Source of the DNA: an uncultured bacterium
GTDB taxonomy: Bacteria; Patescibacteriota; Dojkabacteria; SC72
Assembly (NCBI GenBank): GCA_903840015.1
Contig: CAIMEL010000004.1
Span: 30,671 to 94,670, forward strand
Length of the DNA: 64,000 nucleotides
Direction of reading: 5' to 3'
A model generated the notes under the pieces. The model was not told the origin of the DNA, ran no database searches, and saw only the letters and a program-made list of their open reading frames with translations. Position numbers and translations under genes: made by a program. Within the stretch, counting starts at the first letter, position 1, and the number at the start of each line of letters is the position of its first letter. Shown here one piece after another: positions 18,230-27,744 of the stretch.

Positions 18230-20647
18230 TTGAGAAAATTTAAAACATTAAAACCATTACTACTTTTTTCTCTTGGAGCTTTGTTAACTGGAATTGTTTT
18301 AACTTTTGTCTATGACTCCATCATTATAGATTCACCAATGGTTATGGGGGAGTTTGATGAAGATGCCACTCCACCAGTACTAACAGAATTTCAATACAAT
18401 TCTTCAACAATTAATACTGAAACTACAGCAGACACAGTATATCTAACAATGAGAATTACTGATGATCTCTCTGGAGTTGGACAAGTTTATGTAAGAATCG
18501 CTCCTCTTAATCTGAATGCTCCTATGTATTATCTAGATTTTGAATTAATTTCAGGCGATGAATTTGATGGAGTATATCAAGGTACAAAGCTATTACCGAA
18601 AGGTACAAAGAAAGGCTTGTGGAGAACAGAATCAGTAGTAATATATGATGGGATTGGAAATATTGTAGAGATGAATGAAGATGTTTTGGAAGGTATGTTT
18701 GGTACAGATTCTGGGAATTTTACAAATCTAGCAACTGTTGATGATTCTACAGCCCCCACACTTACATCTTTCACTATTCCTAGTGAATATCAAAATATCA
18801 ATACAGAGAATGATGAGGCTGAAGTCATAGTAAATTTCTCAGTTACGGATAATATGTCTGGAGTAAATGAAGTCTACTTGATAACTGTAACGAACCCATA
18901 TATTGGTCAGCGCCACTATATGAATATCACAGAAGAATCTCGAGATGGTATGCAGGTAAACTATCAAGGCTCTGTGATCTTGCCCAGAGGAAGTAGGAAT
19001 GGATACTGGGAAATAGAGGCATTGACTTTAATAGATAGTGTTGGGAATCAAAGGGAGTATGATAATCAAGGGATCATAAATATAGCAGGACTTAATAACT
19101 CAAGATACTATAACTCTGCAACAGTATATGATATTACACATCCTCAGATAACATCATTTACAATAACTCCAACAGAATTTAACACTAGCCTCGGACCAAT
19201 TCTGCTAACTCTTGATATGACCGTAACAGATGATCTTTCAGGCTTTAGTGATGAACATGAACCTACTGTTCGAATAGCTCCAATCATAGGGTCACAAATT
19301 AGAGATTTTGTATATGATGATGTTCAAATTATTAGTGATTTAGAGAGAAGATATATTGGGACAGTCACAATCCCTCAGTTTAGTAAAGTAGGTATTTGGC
19401 AGCCATATATCGGTGTACAGGACAAGGTTGGTAACATAACTCTCCAAGCTCTTTCTTCCAATTATCTTAATCAAAATGTCCCAGATGCTTCCGGAGCAAC
19501 TCTTGTAAACACTGCACTTGAGAATCAGGTTGTGATTGAACGTTCTTGGACTTTAGCTTCTGAAAATATCACAATAACTTTTCCAATTAATACTACTGTA
19601 ACAAAACAATCAGGAGGAAGTTTTGCTTTCTATCGCATGCTTAGTACAGCATACGATTTAACAGAATTTGAAAATATTCAAGCTATGGTTCAGACAGTAA
19701 ATACAGCCGAACCAACAATTTTAGAAGAATGTACTGAAGAAGAGGAGTGTGCACTTTCACAGATTGTTACAAGTGGTTTGGTAGGGGAACCACAAGGTTT
19801 TGTCAGAGCAGGAATACCTGGCCTTAATCTTCTTTTTAACAAACCTGTTCAGGTATCACTTAAAGTAAATAGTGCATATAACGGGTGGAGATTTACAATT
19901 CAATCTTTCCAAGAGGGAGGGACTAGTTGGGCAACCGATACTACGTGTGTTGTCACAAATGGGTACTGTACATTTAACACAACTCACGCTTCATTCTTCT
20001 CTGCGAACAAAGTAAATGACAATGCACTACCAAGAGGATCAATTAAGATTAACAGTAATGCAAATGTCACAACTTCTAATATAGTGAATTTAACACTTGC
20101 AGCGACGGATGATATATCAGGAGTTAGATATATGAGATTCTCGAATGATGGGAAGAAATGGACCGGATGGAAGACATTTGCAACAACTTACAACGGATGG
20201 AATATTAAAAGTACAACATATGGAGGAAATAGTAATGAAGGGACAAGATATGTCTATGTTCAATACAAGGATAGGGCAGGTAGAATTTCTACGATTTACA
20301 GCAACAGAATAATATACAATCCTAGAAAAGTTACACCAATAACTTTCTACAGAGGGAAGAAGTCAGGTACTGGGAATAGTGAATATGTAATAATTAGAAA
20401 TAATTTAAGAGGAAGTATAAATCTGCGTAATTGGACAGTAAGGAATGCAAAAGGTACCTCATATACAATTCCCAATGTTAGTATCGGAGCATACAGATAC
20501 AAAACAATATATACAGGAAAAGGAACAAACAGTTTGTATAGAATATACCTAGGAAAAACATCTAAGACTAATCTCTGGAACAGTACAAAAGATACTTTCA
20601 ACCTATATACAGATAAAGCACTAAGACTGTATAGGAAAAGTTTCTAG
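18230..20647 (+). CDS. Large secreted/surface protein: three Ig-like repeats and a C-terminal lamin-tail-like domain
   Basis: Repeats DATPPVLTEF..TDDLSG, DSTAPTLTSF..TDNMSG, DITHPQITSF..TDDLSG; C-terminal EYV.IRN..SINL.NW..IYTGKG..WN..D. Confidence 0.8.
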   Translation: MRKFKTLKPLLLFSLGALLTGIVLTFVYDSIIIDSPMVMGEFDEDATPPVLTEFQYNSSTINTETTADTVYLTMRITDDLSGVGQVYVRIAPLNLNAPMYYLDFELISGDEFDGVYQGTKLLPKGTKKGLWRTESVVIYDGIGNIVEMNEDVLEGMFGTDSGNFTNLATVDDSTAPTLTSFTIPSEYQNINTENDEAEVIVNFSVTDNMSGVNEVYLITVTNPYIGQRHYMNITEESRDGMQVNYQGSVILPRGSRNGYWEIEALTLIDSVGNQREYDNQGIINIAGLNNSRYYNSATVYDITHPQITSFTITPTEFNTSLGPILLTLDMTVTDDLSGFSDEHEPTVRIAPIIGSQIRDFVYDDVQIISDLERRYIGTVTIPQFSKVGIWQPYIGVQDKVGNITLQALSSNYLNQNVPDASGATLVNTALENQVVIERSWTLASENITITFPINTTVTKQSGGSFAFYRMLSTAYDLTEFENIQAMVQTVNTAEPTILEECTEEEECALSQIVTSGLVGEPQGFVRAGIPGLNLLFNKPVQVSLKVNSAYNGWRFTIQSFQEGGTSWATDTTCVVTNGYCTFNTTHASFFSANKVNDNALPRGSIKINSNANVTTSNIVNLTLAATDDISGVRYMRFSNDGKKWTGWKTFATTYNGWNIKSTTYGGNSNEGTRYVYVQYKDRAGRISTIYSNRIIYNPRKVTPITFYRGKKSGTGNSEYVIIRNNLRGSINLRNWTVRNAKGTSYTIPNVSIGAYRYKTIYTGKGTNSLYRIYLGKTSKTNLWNSTKDTFNLYTDKALRLYRKSF

Positions 20648-20759
20648 GTAAAGAGCTATAGTGTTAAAGCCAACCGCACGATTTTGCTGTAGAAGCAAAC
20701 CCTCTTGTGATTTTTGGAGTTACAATAATATCCGATAATATACAGATAAGCTAAAGCTA

Positions 20760-20788
20760 TTGACAAACGTATCTCCTATTTCTAGGAT
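20760..20788 (+). promoter_or_regulatory. sigma70 promoter TTGACA-17-TAGGAT
   Basis: Perfect -35, 17-bp spacer, no credible downstream CDS on this strand. Confidence 0.65.
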
Positions 20789-20794
20789 GTATTA

Positions 20795-21025
20795 TTAGGA
20801 TCTTAAAGTCCTAGCAAGTTGGTACCAGGCTTGTTATAGAACCAGTTTTTCTATAGCATCGCTCTTGCGGATTTTAAGGATATGTTGATGATTCGAACAT
20901 TAACAGCTGACGGCTATAGTTTAGACAAAATCTATTCTTTAGTTGCTCAGTTCCAACATGTGTGTAGAAATACATACTCTCCTAGCGTTGGGCGGGCACA
21001 TGCTGGTGTACCCGTTCTTTTTTTT
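20795..21025 (+). ncRNA. Candidate ~230-nt multi-hairpin ncRNA of unknown class
   Basis: About 8 consecutive stems between the promoter and a terminator GGGCGGG...CCCGTTC plus T-run. Confidence 0.6.
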
Positions 21026-22019
21026 ATGACACTCCCTTACTATTTTCTATTATATAATCAAGAAGATTACTGTAAGTCACACCAATATATTCACACTCCT
21101 TTGGTAATAACGAAGTAGCTGTTAATCCTGGTAAAGTGTTTGTCTCTAAATAGTATATCTTTCCGTCTTTATACAAAAAATCCGATCTTGAATATACTTT
21201 ACAACCCAATTTCCTATGTATATCTCTTGCCAATCTAGAGATATCTGAAGATATCTCTTCTGGAATAGAAATTGGTGGTACAATTTCATTCGCTCCATCT
21301 TCAGTATACTTCGAATCATAATCAAAAAAATCAGATTTCTTTGGTTTAATCTCAATTGGTGGTAAAAGTGTAAACTCTTCATCCACTGATTCCAAAACTC
21401 CACAACTTAATTCAACATTATCTTGGATAGCCTTCTGCACAATGAATTCTGTGTTGAGAGAAAATTCCTTAGAAATAGTCCGCCGTGCAGTTTCAAATTC
21501 TTCATGATTTTTAACAAAGTACAATCCAACACTAGAACCTAATCTATTTGGCTTCAAAACACAAGGGAATTCGACATCATCCATACTCAAATCTTTTGCA
21601 AGAACTAATTTCATTTCGGGAACAACAAGGGAGTCAAATCCAGCAACTATTTTTGAAGACTCATACTTGTTCATACACAATCTACTAGCACCAGAACCAG
21701 AACCTGTAAATCTAACATTATGTTCTTCCAATATCTCTTGCAATTCACCATCCTCCCCAAATTCCCCATGCATAGCTATGAATATCAATGATTCTGCACC
21801 AAGCGAATTAAAAACTTCAGAGAATGGATTTGTACATATTGGACAGAACCTGTAGCTATCCGTCAACGGATCGATAGAATAGTACATTTCCTTGTTGAGA
21901 TAGAGCATATAGATATCATATTTTTCTCTATCTAGATTTTTTACAACATTTCGTGCAGTATTAACTGAAACATCATGCTCAGAAGATGGACCTCCATACA
22001 TTATGTAAACTTTTTGCAT
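21024..22019 (-). CDS. ddl: D-alanine--D-alanine ligase
   Basis: GGPSSEHDVS, HGEFGEDG, KP..LGSSVG, FFDYDSKY, LETNTLPG. Confidence 0.96.
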   Translation of the reverse strand: MQKVYIMYGGPSSEHDVSVNTARNVVKNLDREKYDIYMLYLNKEMYYSIDPLTDSYRFCPICTNPFSEVFNSLGAESLIFIAMHGEFGEDGELQEILEEHNVRFTGSGSGASRLCMNKYESSKIVAGFDSLVVPEMKLVLAKDLSMDDVEFPCVLKPNRLGSSVGLYFVKNHEEFETARRTISKEFSLNTEFIVQKAIQDNVELSCGVLESVDEEFTLLPPIEIKPKKSDFFDYDSKYTEDGANEIVPPISIPEEISSDISRLARDIHRKLGCKVYSRSDFLYKDGKIYYLETNTLPGLTATSLLPKECEYIGVTYSNLLDYIIENSKGVS

Positions 22020-22043
22020 AAATAGTAACCAAAGTAGCTGAAT

Positions 22044-22871
22044 TTAGAGTCCCTTTGTTAATGCCTTCTTAAATCTCTCCATATCACTATATACATGAAC
22101 CCTAGAGAGATAGAATCTTCTCGAATATCGATGAGTTATTGTCCTACCACATGAGAAACCAAGTAAATAATCATTCTTTTTAATCATTTCAAAAGATCTC
22201 TTGTCTGCAACACATCCAGGATAAGCAATTGAAACTATTTTCTGACCTGTTGTCTTTTCTAATTTCTCTTTGCTATCTACTAATTGAAATTTAAAATTCT
22301 TTGTTCCCTGTAATTTCTTTAAGTCCCTATGTGTACTAGTATGCGAATCAACTATCATTCCATTCTTTACCATCTCTTTTAATTCTGATTTCTTAATTGG
22401 AGATCTATCAGCAATAATGTAAAAAGTAGCAGTCATTTTGTACTTCTTCAAAACCGGATATGCATATTTGTACTGACCTCTACTTCCATCATCAAAAGTT
22501 ATAAGGACAGATTTTTTATGAGGGTTCTTACCACTCTTTAATATGTCATAAAATTCTTGTGGTGTTAAAGTCTTGTATCCATTCTCTTTCAAATACTTCA
22601 TTTGCTTTTCGAACATACTTGGAGAAACAAAAAGTCCCCTGTAATTAACAGAACCAGTACGAGGAACTGGAGCAATATTATGATACATAAGGACAGGAAT
22701 CTTTACTGTAGGTTCTGTATTCTCACCTAAAACATCAGGCTCATTAACTTCCAAATATTCATATGGGGTTGGTGTAAAATGATCTCTAGTTGAGGACCAG
22801 AAAAGGAATCCAAGGTACAGAGGGGTTAGGATAAAGAAAATGGATAATAGAACTTGATATGATTTTCTCAC
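22044..22871 (-). CDS. Polysaccharide deacetylase (CE4), membrane anchored
   Basis: PVLMYH, TFDDG, SHTSTH, AYPG. Confidence 0.92.
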   Translation of the reverse strand: MRKSYQVLLSIFFILTPLYLGFLFWSSTRDHFTPTPYEYLEVNEPDVLGENTEPTVKIPVLMYHNIAPVPRTGSVNYRGLFVSPSMFEKQMKYLKENGYKTLTPQEFYDILKSGKNPHKKSVLITFDDGSRGQYKYAYPVLKKYKMTATFYIIADRSPIKKSELKEMVKNGMIVDSHTSTHRDLKKLQGTKNFKFQLVDSKEKLEKTTGQKIVSIAYPGCVADKRSFEMIKKNDYLLGFSCGRTITHRYSRRFYLSRVHVYSDMERFKKALTKGL

Positions 22872-22975
22872 ATATTCACACTACCAAATACCACCTACCA
22901 TTTCAAGGTCAAATTTTCTTTCGAAACAAATGATATAATATATTGTTTACACAAATAAATTGTAAATTAACTGCC

Positions 22976-23563
22976 ATGAAAGATTTCCGGTATCAAATTT
23001 CTCCTTTACCATATGATTACTCTGCACTGGAGCCAATCATTTCCAAAGAGATTTTAGAACTACATCATGACAAACATCATCAAGCATATGTCGATGGTGC
23101 AAACAAAGCATTAGAACTTCTGGAAAAGAGTAGAGAAGGGTTAGAAATTAATTACAAGGCTGTAATGCGTGATTTAAGCTTTAATCTTAATGGACATCTT
23201 TTACATGAACTTTACTGGCAAAATATGCAACCTAAACAGGAATCTAATAAGCCAAGTGAGAAAGTTATTAAGATATTAAATGACAACTTTGGTAGTTACG
23301 AAGCATTTAAGAAGGAATTTACTGAAGCTGGGAAAAGTGTAGAAGGAGCAGGTTGGGTAGCTTTGATGAAAGATACTTCAGGGAAATTAATCATCACACA
23401 GATACAAAACCATAACCTTCTTGGAATAAATGGTTTTATTCCGATATTAGTAAACGATGTGTGGGAACATTCCTATTATCTAGATTACAAGAATGATCGA
23501 GCAACATACTTAACAAATTGGTGGGACATTGTAAATTGGAATGATATAGAGAAAAGAATTTAA
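22976..23563 (+). CDS. Fe/Mn superoxide dismutase
   Basis: LPYDYSALEP, HHDKHH, GH.LH.LYW, DVWEHSYY; ATG at 22976. Confidence 0.96.
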   Translation: MKDFRYQISPLPYDYSALEPIISKEILELHHDKHHQAYVDGANKALELLEKSREGLEINYKAVMRDLSFNLNGHLLHELYWQNMQPKQESNKPSEKVIKILNDNFGSYEAFKKEFTEAGKSVEGAGWVALMKDTSGKLIITQIQNHNLLGINGFIPILVNDVWEHSYYLDYKNDRATYLTNWWDIVNWNDIEKRI

Positions 23564-23579
23564 TTTTATTCCTTAATAT

Positions 23580-23807
23580 ATGAGAAAGCTTCTTCTTGCT
23601 GAGTTCATAGTATTACTTGGTGGTACAGTATTTGCTTGGTATAACTTTACTCTCGAATTTATCAATTGGACAAATGGCAAAGTATGTACAACTGGTTGTT
23701 CTGTAGATATAACAAATCCCTTTTTAAGCAAATGTTTCATTGGCGCAATATTCTTTACAATTGCTTTGATAATTAGTGCTATCACATTGAGAAGAAAAAC
23801 AGATTAA
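23580..23807 (+). CDS. Small two-TM protein with Cys-containing loop
   Basis: TM-CTTGC-NPF..CF-TM. Confidence 0.7.
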   Translation: MRKLLLAEFIVLLGGTVFAWYNFTLEFINWTNGKVCTTGCSVDITNPFLSKCFIGAIFFTIALIISAITLRRKTD

Positions 23808-23810
23808 GAA

Positions 23811-24605
23811 TTACTCCTTAATCTGTAAGGAAGACACTATAGAATCAACAGTACCTACATAGTCAATAATTTGTTCTTTCCCTCCTGAATATTTTGCATT
23901 CACTTCAGCTATCCAGACTGTATGAGGAATTCCTTGGTCAGCGAAAGATCTATTAAAGACAATAAAATCATCAACTATATGTGATTTTTCCGTGTTATCA
24001 ATTGGATTAGCAACTTCCTGTACATATTTAAAATTCTTGTCATCCTCTGTTTCTCGATATATTGATACTAGTTGCTCTCCATTTTGAGAATCTATGGAAT
24101 AGCTATCTAGACACTTCTTAGTTATCTCTTGTTTGAAAATTGTTTCTACAGCAAGAACACTCGAGACATTACTCACAGTAGATGGTTTTATAGTTAGAAC
24201 CATTTTATTATCAGGACTTGTAATTTCATATATCTTATTAGAGAGGATTTGTGAATCTTTCTGATTCTTGTCCTCTATAATATGGAAATACCAAGAATGA
24301 GGGTAAGTAATACTGTTCTGCACAACAATTTCTTGCCCTTTGGAATCTAAATAATTAATTAGAAACTTTCTTTCTATAGTTTCCATGGAAACATCATGGT
24401 CATACAAATACTCATTAACATTTAAGAACTCTCGCAAAGTATTGCTAGCAATCCCTGAATCTTCATTCACAGCAACATTGAATCCCCATACAAAGGTTAA
24501 TATTGGAATACAAAGATATATGAAGATAGCGAAAAGAATGTATGTTAATCTTTTGCCATTCGATATGATTTTACCTTGATCCAGATGATTAGACATTACA
24601 ATCAA
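23811..24605 (-). CDS. Hypothetical membrane-anchored protein
   Basis: Long ORF with one N-terminal TM. Confidence 0.7.
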   Translation of the reverse strand: MIVMSNHLDQGKIISNGKRLTYILFAIFIYLCIPILTFVWGFNVAVNEDSGIASNTLREFLNVNEYLYDHDVSMETIERKFLINYLDSKGQEIVVQNSITYPHSWYFHIIEDKNQKDSQILSNKIYEITSPDNKMVLTIKPSTVSNVSSVLAVETIFKQEITKKCLDSYSIDSQNGEQLVSIYRETEDDKNFKYVQEVANPIDNTEKSHIVDDFIVFNRSFADQGIPHTVWIAEVNAKYSGGKEQIIDYVGTVDSIVSSLQIKE

Positions 24606-24633
24606 GAAATTTAATTAAAGTTCCTAATTAAGA

Positions 24634-25026
24634 CTACTCTGCATGCTCTGCTTCCTCTGCAAGCATAGCCTCTTCCTTCGTAGCATGAGTTGTGCCCTCT
24701 GGATGGTTAGCAGGAGAATAGATGGTATATAGCTTCAGATCCTCAGTAGAAGAATTGTTAATTACATTGTGTAAAGAACCTGCTGGAACAATAGCAACCA
24801 TATCCTCTTTTACTAGACTCTCAACTCCATCAATAACGAATTTGGCTTCTCCTTTCTCAATTCTAAAGAATTGATCAACTGTATCATGAACCTCTTCTCC
24901 AATATCTTCCCCTGGTTTCAATGACATCACAACCAACTGCATATGTTTACCGGTATAGAGAACCTTTCTGAAATTACTGTTTCCTAATGTTTTCTCCTCA
25001 ATATTATCTATATATCCCATATTCAT
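24634..25026 (-). CDS. Cupin domain protein
   Basis: QLVVMSL.PGEDIGEEVH, VPAG..HNVIN, LYTIYSP..H. Confidence 0.92.
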   Translation of the reverse strand: MNMGYIDNIEEKTLGNSNFRKVLYTGKHMQLVVMSLKPGEDIGEEVHDTVDQFFRIEKGEAKFVIDGVESLVKEDMVAIVPAGSLHNVINNSSTEDLKLYTIYSPANHPEGTTHATKEEAMLAEEAEHAE

Positions 25027-25142
25027 TGTTGATTAATTTAGCTATATATCTCATTGTAACATATTAAAATATTTTGAAAAGTATATACTTCCATAACCAA
25101 GATATAGTAAGATAATAGAATAAACTAATACATTTTAAACAT

Positions 25143-25667
25143 ATGTTTCTTTCAAACGAGGCGATTAGAAAACACATTGAAGATGGTAAGATCAAAATTA
25201 CAGGAGATCTAACGATAGAAAGTATGGGAATAGGAATAAATCTTGGGAAAGAATTACTCATACCCGTAGAAAACCAAACAGTTGGTTTATCACTCCCTTC
25301 ACAACCTCAATACACCTCTCACAACCTCCTAGAGGCCCCATATACGCTCAAACCAAACGAATTTGTGCTTGGAGCCACAGAGCAGTTAATCTACACATCC
25401 AAGGACATAGCAACAATGCTGGATGGAAGAAGTACACTTGCAAGACTCGGCCTCACGATCCACCTCTCTGCAATGGTTCTAGATGGCGTGCCCTTTAGCA
25501 ATGAAAGTTCAGTACTTGAGATAAAGAATTTGGGAAATTTCAATATAGTTTTAAACTACAAGGATAGAGTAGGGACATATATCTTCGCCCAACTTACAGA
25601 CCCAATTACCGGAGAAAAAGATACAGTATATGCGAATCAAAACGGAGTTACTCCTCCAATTATTTAA
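25143..25667 (+). CDS. dcd: dCTP deaminase
   Basis: LKPNEFVLG.T, DGRSTLARLGL, LEIKNLG, Y..Q. Confidence 0.85.
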   Translation: MFLSNEAIRKHIEDGKIKITGDLTIESMGIGINLGKELLIPVENQTVGLSLPSQPQYTSHNLLEAPYTLKPNEFVLGATEQLIYTSKDIATMLDGRSTLARLGLTIHLSAMVLDGVPFSNESSVLEIKNLGNFNIVLNYKDRVGTYIFAQLTDPITGEKDTVYANQNGVTPPII

Positions 25668-25685
25668 ATTAAATATATATTAGTT

Positions 25686-25892
25686 ATGGAAGAATTAGAC
25701 TTATTAACCCAGTATGTACCTTGGATACTTCTACTATCTGTTTGGGAAAGTGTTTGGAAAGCCATCGCACTATGGAAAGCAGCTAGAAATAATCAACTTA
25801 CATGGTATGTATGTATCCTAGTATTCAATACCGTTGGTATCTTACCTATTCTTTACATCAAATTCTTTCAGAATAAAAAGGTAGCATTCTAA
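25686..25892 (+). CDS. DUF5652 family membrane protein
   Basis: WK.IALWKAARNNQ..W...NTVGILPILY. Confidence 0.85.
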   Translation: MEELDLLTQYVPWILLLSVWESVWKAIALWKAARNNQLTWYVCILVFNTVGILPILYIKFFQNKKVAF

Positions 25893-26399
25893 ATGCACAA
25901 AAAGGTTGTTGTAAATGACAAAATGCAGAGTGGGTATATATACTATCTTGTCGAAGCTGTTGGGAAGAATTTTGACCCTGAATTCAAACCAGAGTTAACA
26001 CCAAGAGAAATGTTGGAATTAGGTGTTTTTGGAGGTAAATACCTTACTGATTGTCAAAACGAATTCCCTTCCAAATGGTTTCTTTATGCTAAACTCTCCC
26101 CTGAGAAGAAAGACATTTCTTTAAATTATTTCAAAGTAGACGCAAGTCTACCTTTAAATACCTGGAAAGCAAAAGGGTGGATATACAAAGATGATCCAAG
26201 AGGATGGTTTCAGTGGTACTGCAGATACTATATGGGAAGAAGAATACCTCCAGAAGATGAAAGACAGATTAAAAGATGGAAAGGTATCAAAAGACACTAT
26301 ATGGCAGTCCTAAAGAACTGTACCCCTGGTGATTACAGCTGCAGACCTAAACAGAGACAAGCTTTACTTCATTGGGCATACGACAGTAGAGCTATATAG
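25893..26399 (+). CDS. Conserved hypothetical protein
   Basis: PELTP.EML.LGVFGGKY, DPRGWFQWYCRYY.GRR, DERQIKRW, RQALLHWAYD. Confidence 0.85.
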   Translation: MHKKVVVNDKMQSGYIYYLVEAVGKNFDPEFKPELTPREMLELGVFGGKYLTDCQNEFPSKWFLYAKLSPEKKDISLNYFKVDASLPLNTWKAKGWIYKDDPRGWFQWYCRYYMGRRIPPEDERQIKRWKGIKRHYMAVLKNCTPGDYSCRPKQRQALLHWAYDSRAI

Positions 26400-26400
26400 C

Positions 26401-27576
26401 CTATTCAGCTGTATAGTCGTCAAAATAGCCCTGGATTAAGACAACAGGCGTCCCTTTATCTCCACTTCCACTTGTTAAGTCACATAAACTTCCAAGTAAA
26501 TCAGTTAACTGTCTTGGAGTAGTACCAAAAGATTTCTCAACCTCATAATCCTCATGACCCTTCTCCTTAATCATTCCCTTAACATATTCATTCAAATCTC
26601 CCTCTTTGTTCCAATTCTCTGATACATACTTCAATTTAATCTCCTTCGGTCTTCCACGCAAACCTTCTGTAAAACCAGGAGAGACTACAGGATCAGCAAG
26701 TTCCCAAATTTTACCAACAGGATCTTTAAAAGCACCATCACCATATATCAACACTTCAATATTTTTACCTGTGCTCTTTTTAAGCTTCTTCTGCAATTTT
26801 TCTACGAACTCATTTCCATCTCTAGGAAATAGCTTCAAACGATCTTCTCCTATTTTGTTCGATCCCAACAAACCATACTCCTCATTGTATCCATGCTCCT
26901 TAGATTCCTCATTACAGATATCATCTAAACCAAGAACTTTCTCAGCTCCAGCGTTTGTTAACAATTTCTTTGTTCTAAAACGAGTATGGATATCTGAAAC
27001 TAAGAAATTCTTAGTAAATTTTAGTAGATATGTAGGATCATTTGAAAAATGTATCGTTATATTTCCCTTCCCTAAACTCTTGTAATACTCAACATAGTCA
27101 ACACCGGTAAAGGGATGGACAAAATCATACCCGAAAGTTTCCCTGTACTCTTTCTCCTCAAATGAATCCGAATATGGATTTACACCTAATTCATACATTT
27201 TCTCTTGATCCACTAAGTGATTTCCTACTTCATCCGCAGGAAAACTTAGAAGCAGATGTACATGCTTAAATGCTTTTGCTATACATTCCAGAATCAAAGA
27301 GTATCTATTTCTACTAAGGATAGGGAATACAACACCAATATCATCTGACTTAAATTTATTCTTCAAATCATTTACAACCTCATCCACTGTTACAAAATTA
27401 TTCTGACATATTGCGACTACTGCTTCAGTAATACCAACAACATCTTTTTCTCTGAATTCAAATTTTTCTTCTTTAGAAGCATTTAACAGAGAGTCCTCCA
27501 CCAAGTTAACTAAATCATCTCCCTGTTTGATTATTGGAGTCCTGATACCCCTTACTACTGTTCCAACTCTTCTCAT
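26401..27576 (-). CDS. F420-0:gamma-glutamyl ligase-like (CofE-fold) protein, Firmicutes type
   Basis: RGIRTPIIKQGDDL, YGDGAFKDPVGKIWELADP, GTTPRQLTDLLGSLCDLTSGSGDKGTP. Confidence 0.85.
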   Translation of the reverse strand: MRRVGTVVRGIRTPIIKQGDDLVNLVEDSLLNASKEEKFEFREKDVVGITEAVVAICQNNFVTVDEVVNDLKNKFKSDDIGVVFPILSRNRYSLILECIAKAFKHVHLLLSFPADEVGNHLVDQEKMYELGVNPYSDSFEEKEYRETFGYDFVHPFTGVDYVEYYKSLGKGNITIHFSNDPTYLLKFTKNFLVSDIHTRFRTKKLLTNAGAEKVLGLDDICNEESKEHGYNEEYGLLGSNKIGEDRLKLFPRDGNEFVEKLQKKLKKSTGKNIEVLIYGDGAFKDPVGKIWELADPVVSPGFTEGLRGRPKEIKLKYVSENWNKEGDLNEYVKGMIKEKGHEDYEVEKSFGTTPRQLTDLLGSLCDLTSGSGDKGTPVVLIQGYFDDYTAE

Positions 27577-27744
27577 ACTTTTTTTCCTAACAAATTATCT
27601 ACAAATGCTAACATACTTTACAAACTATTTTCCGTAGGTGATAATAGTAAAATTGGTGTGAAGCCAACCCCAAAGATATCTTCTTCCAAAAGAATTTGTT
27701 AATACTACAGACAAAGATTTTCTCAGTTACTCACTCCAGAGTTA

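Noticed and set aside
20795-21025. T-box, RNase P or hammerhead assignment of the structured RNA (TGGTACC, AAAGTCC, TGATGA fragments)
   Set aside because: Only partial motifs: no GGTGGNACCGCG T-box or downstream gene, no P4 pairing, no CTGANGA/GAAA core.
20882-21118. 78-aa plus-strand ORF
   Set aside because: Runs through a terminator and overlaps ddl antisense; no protein-like features. Not fully excluded.
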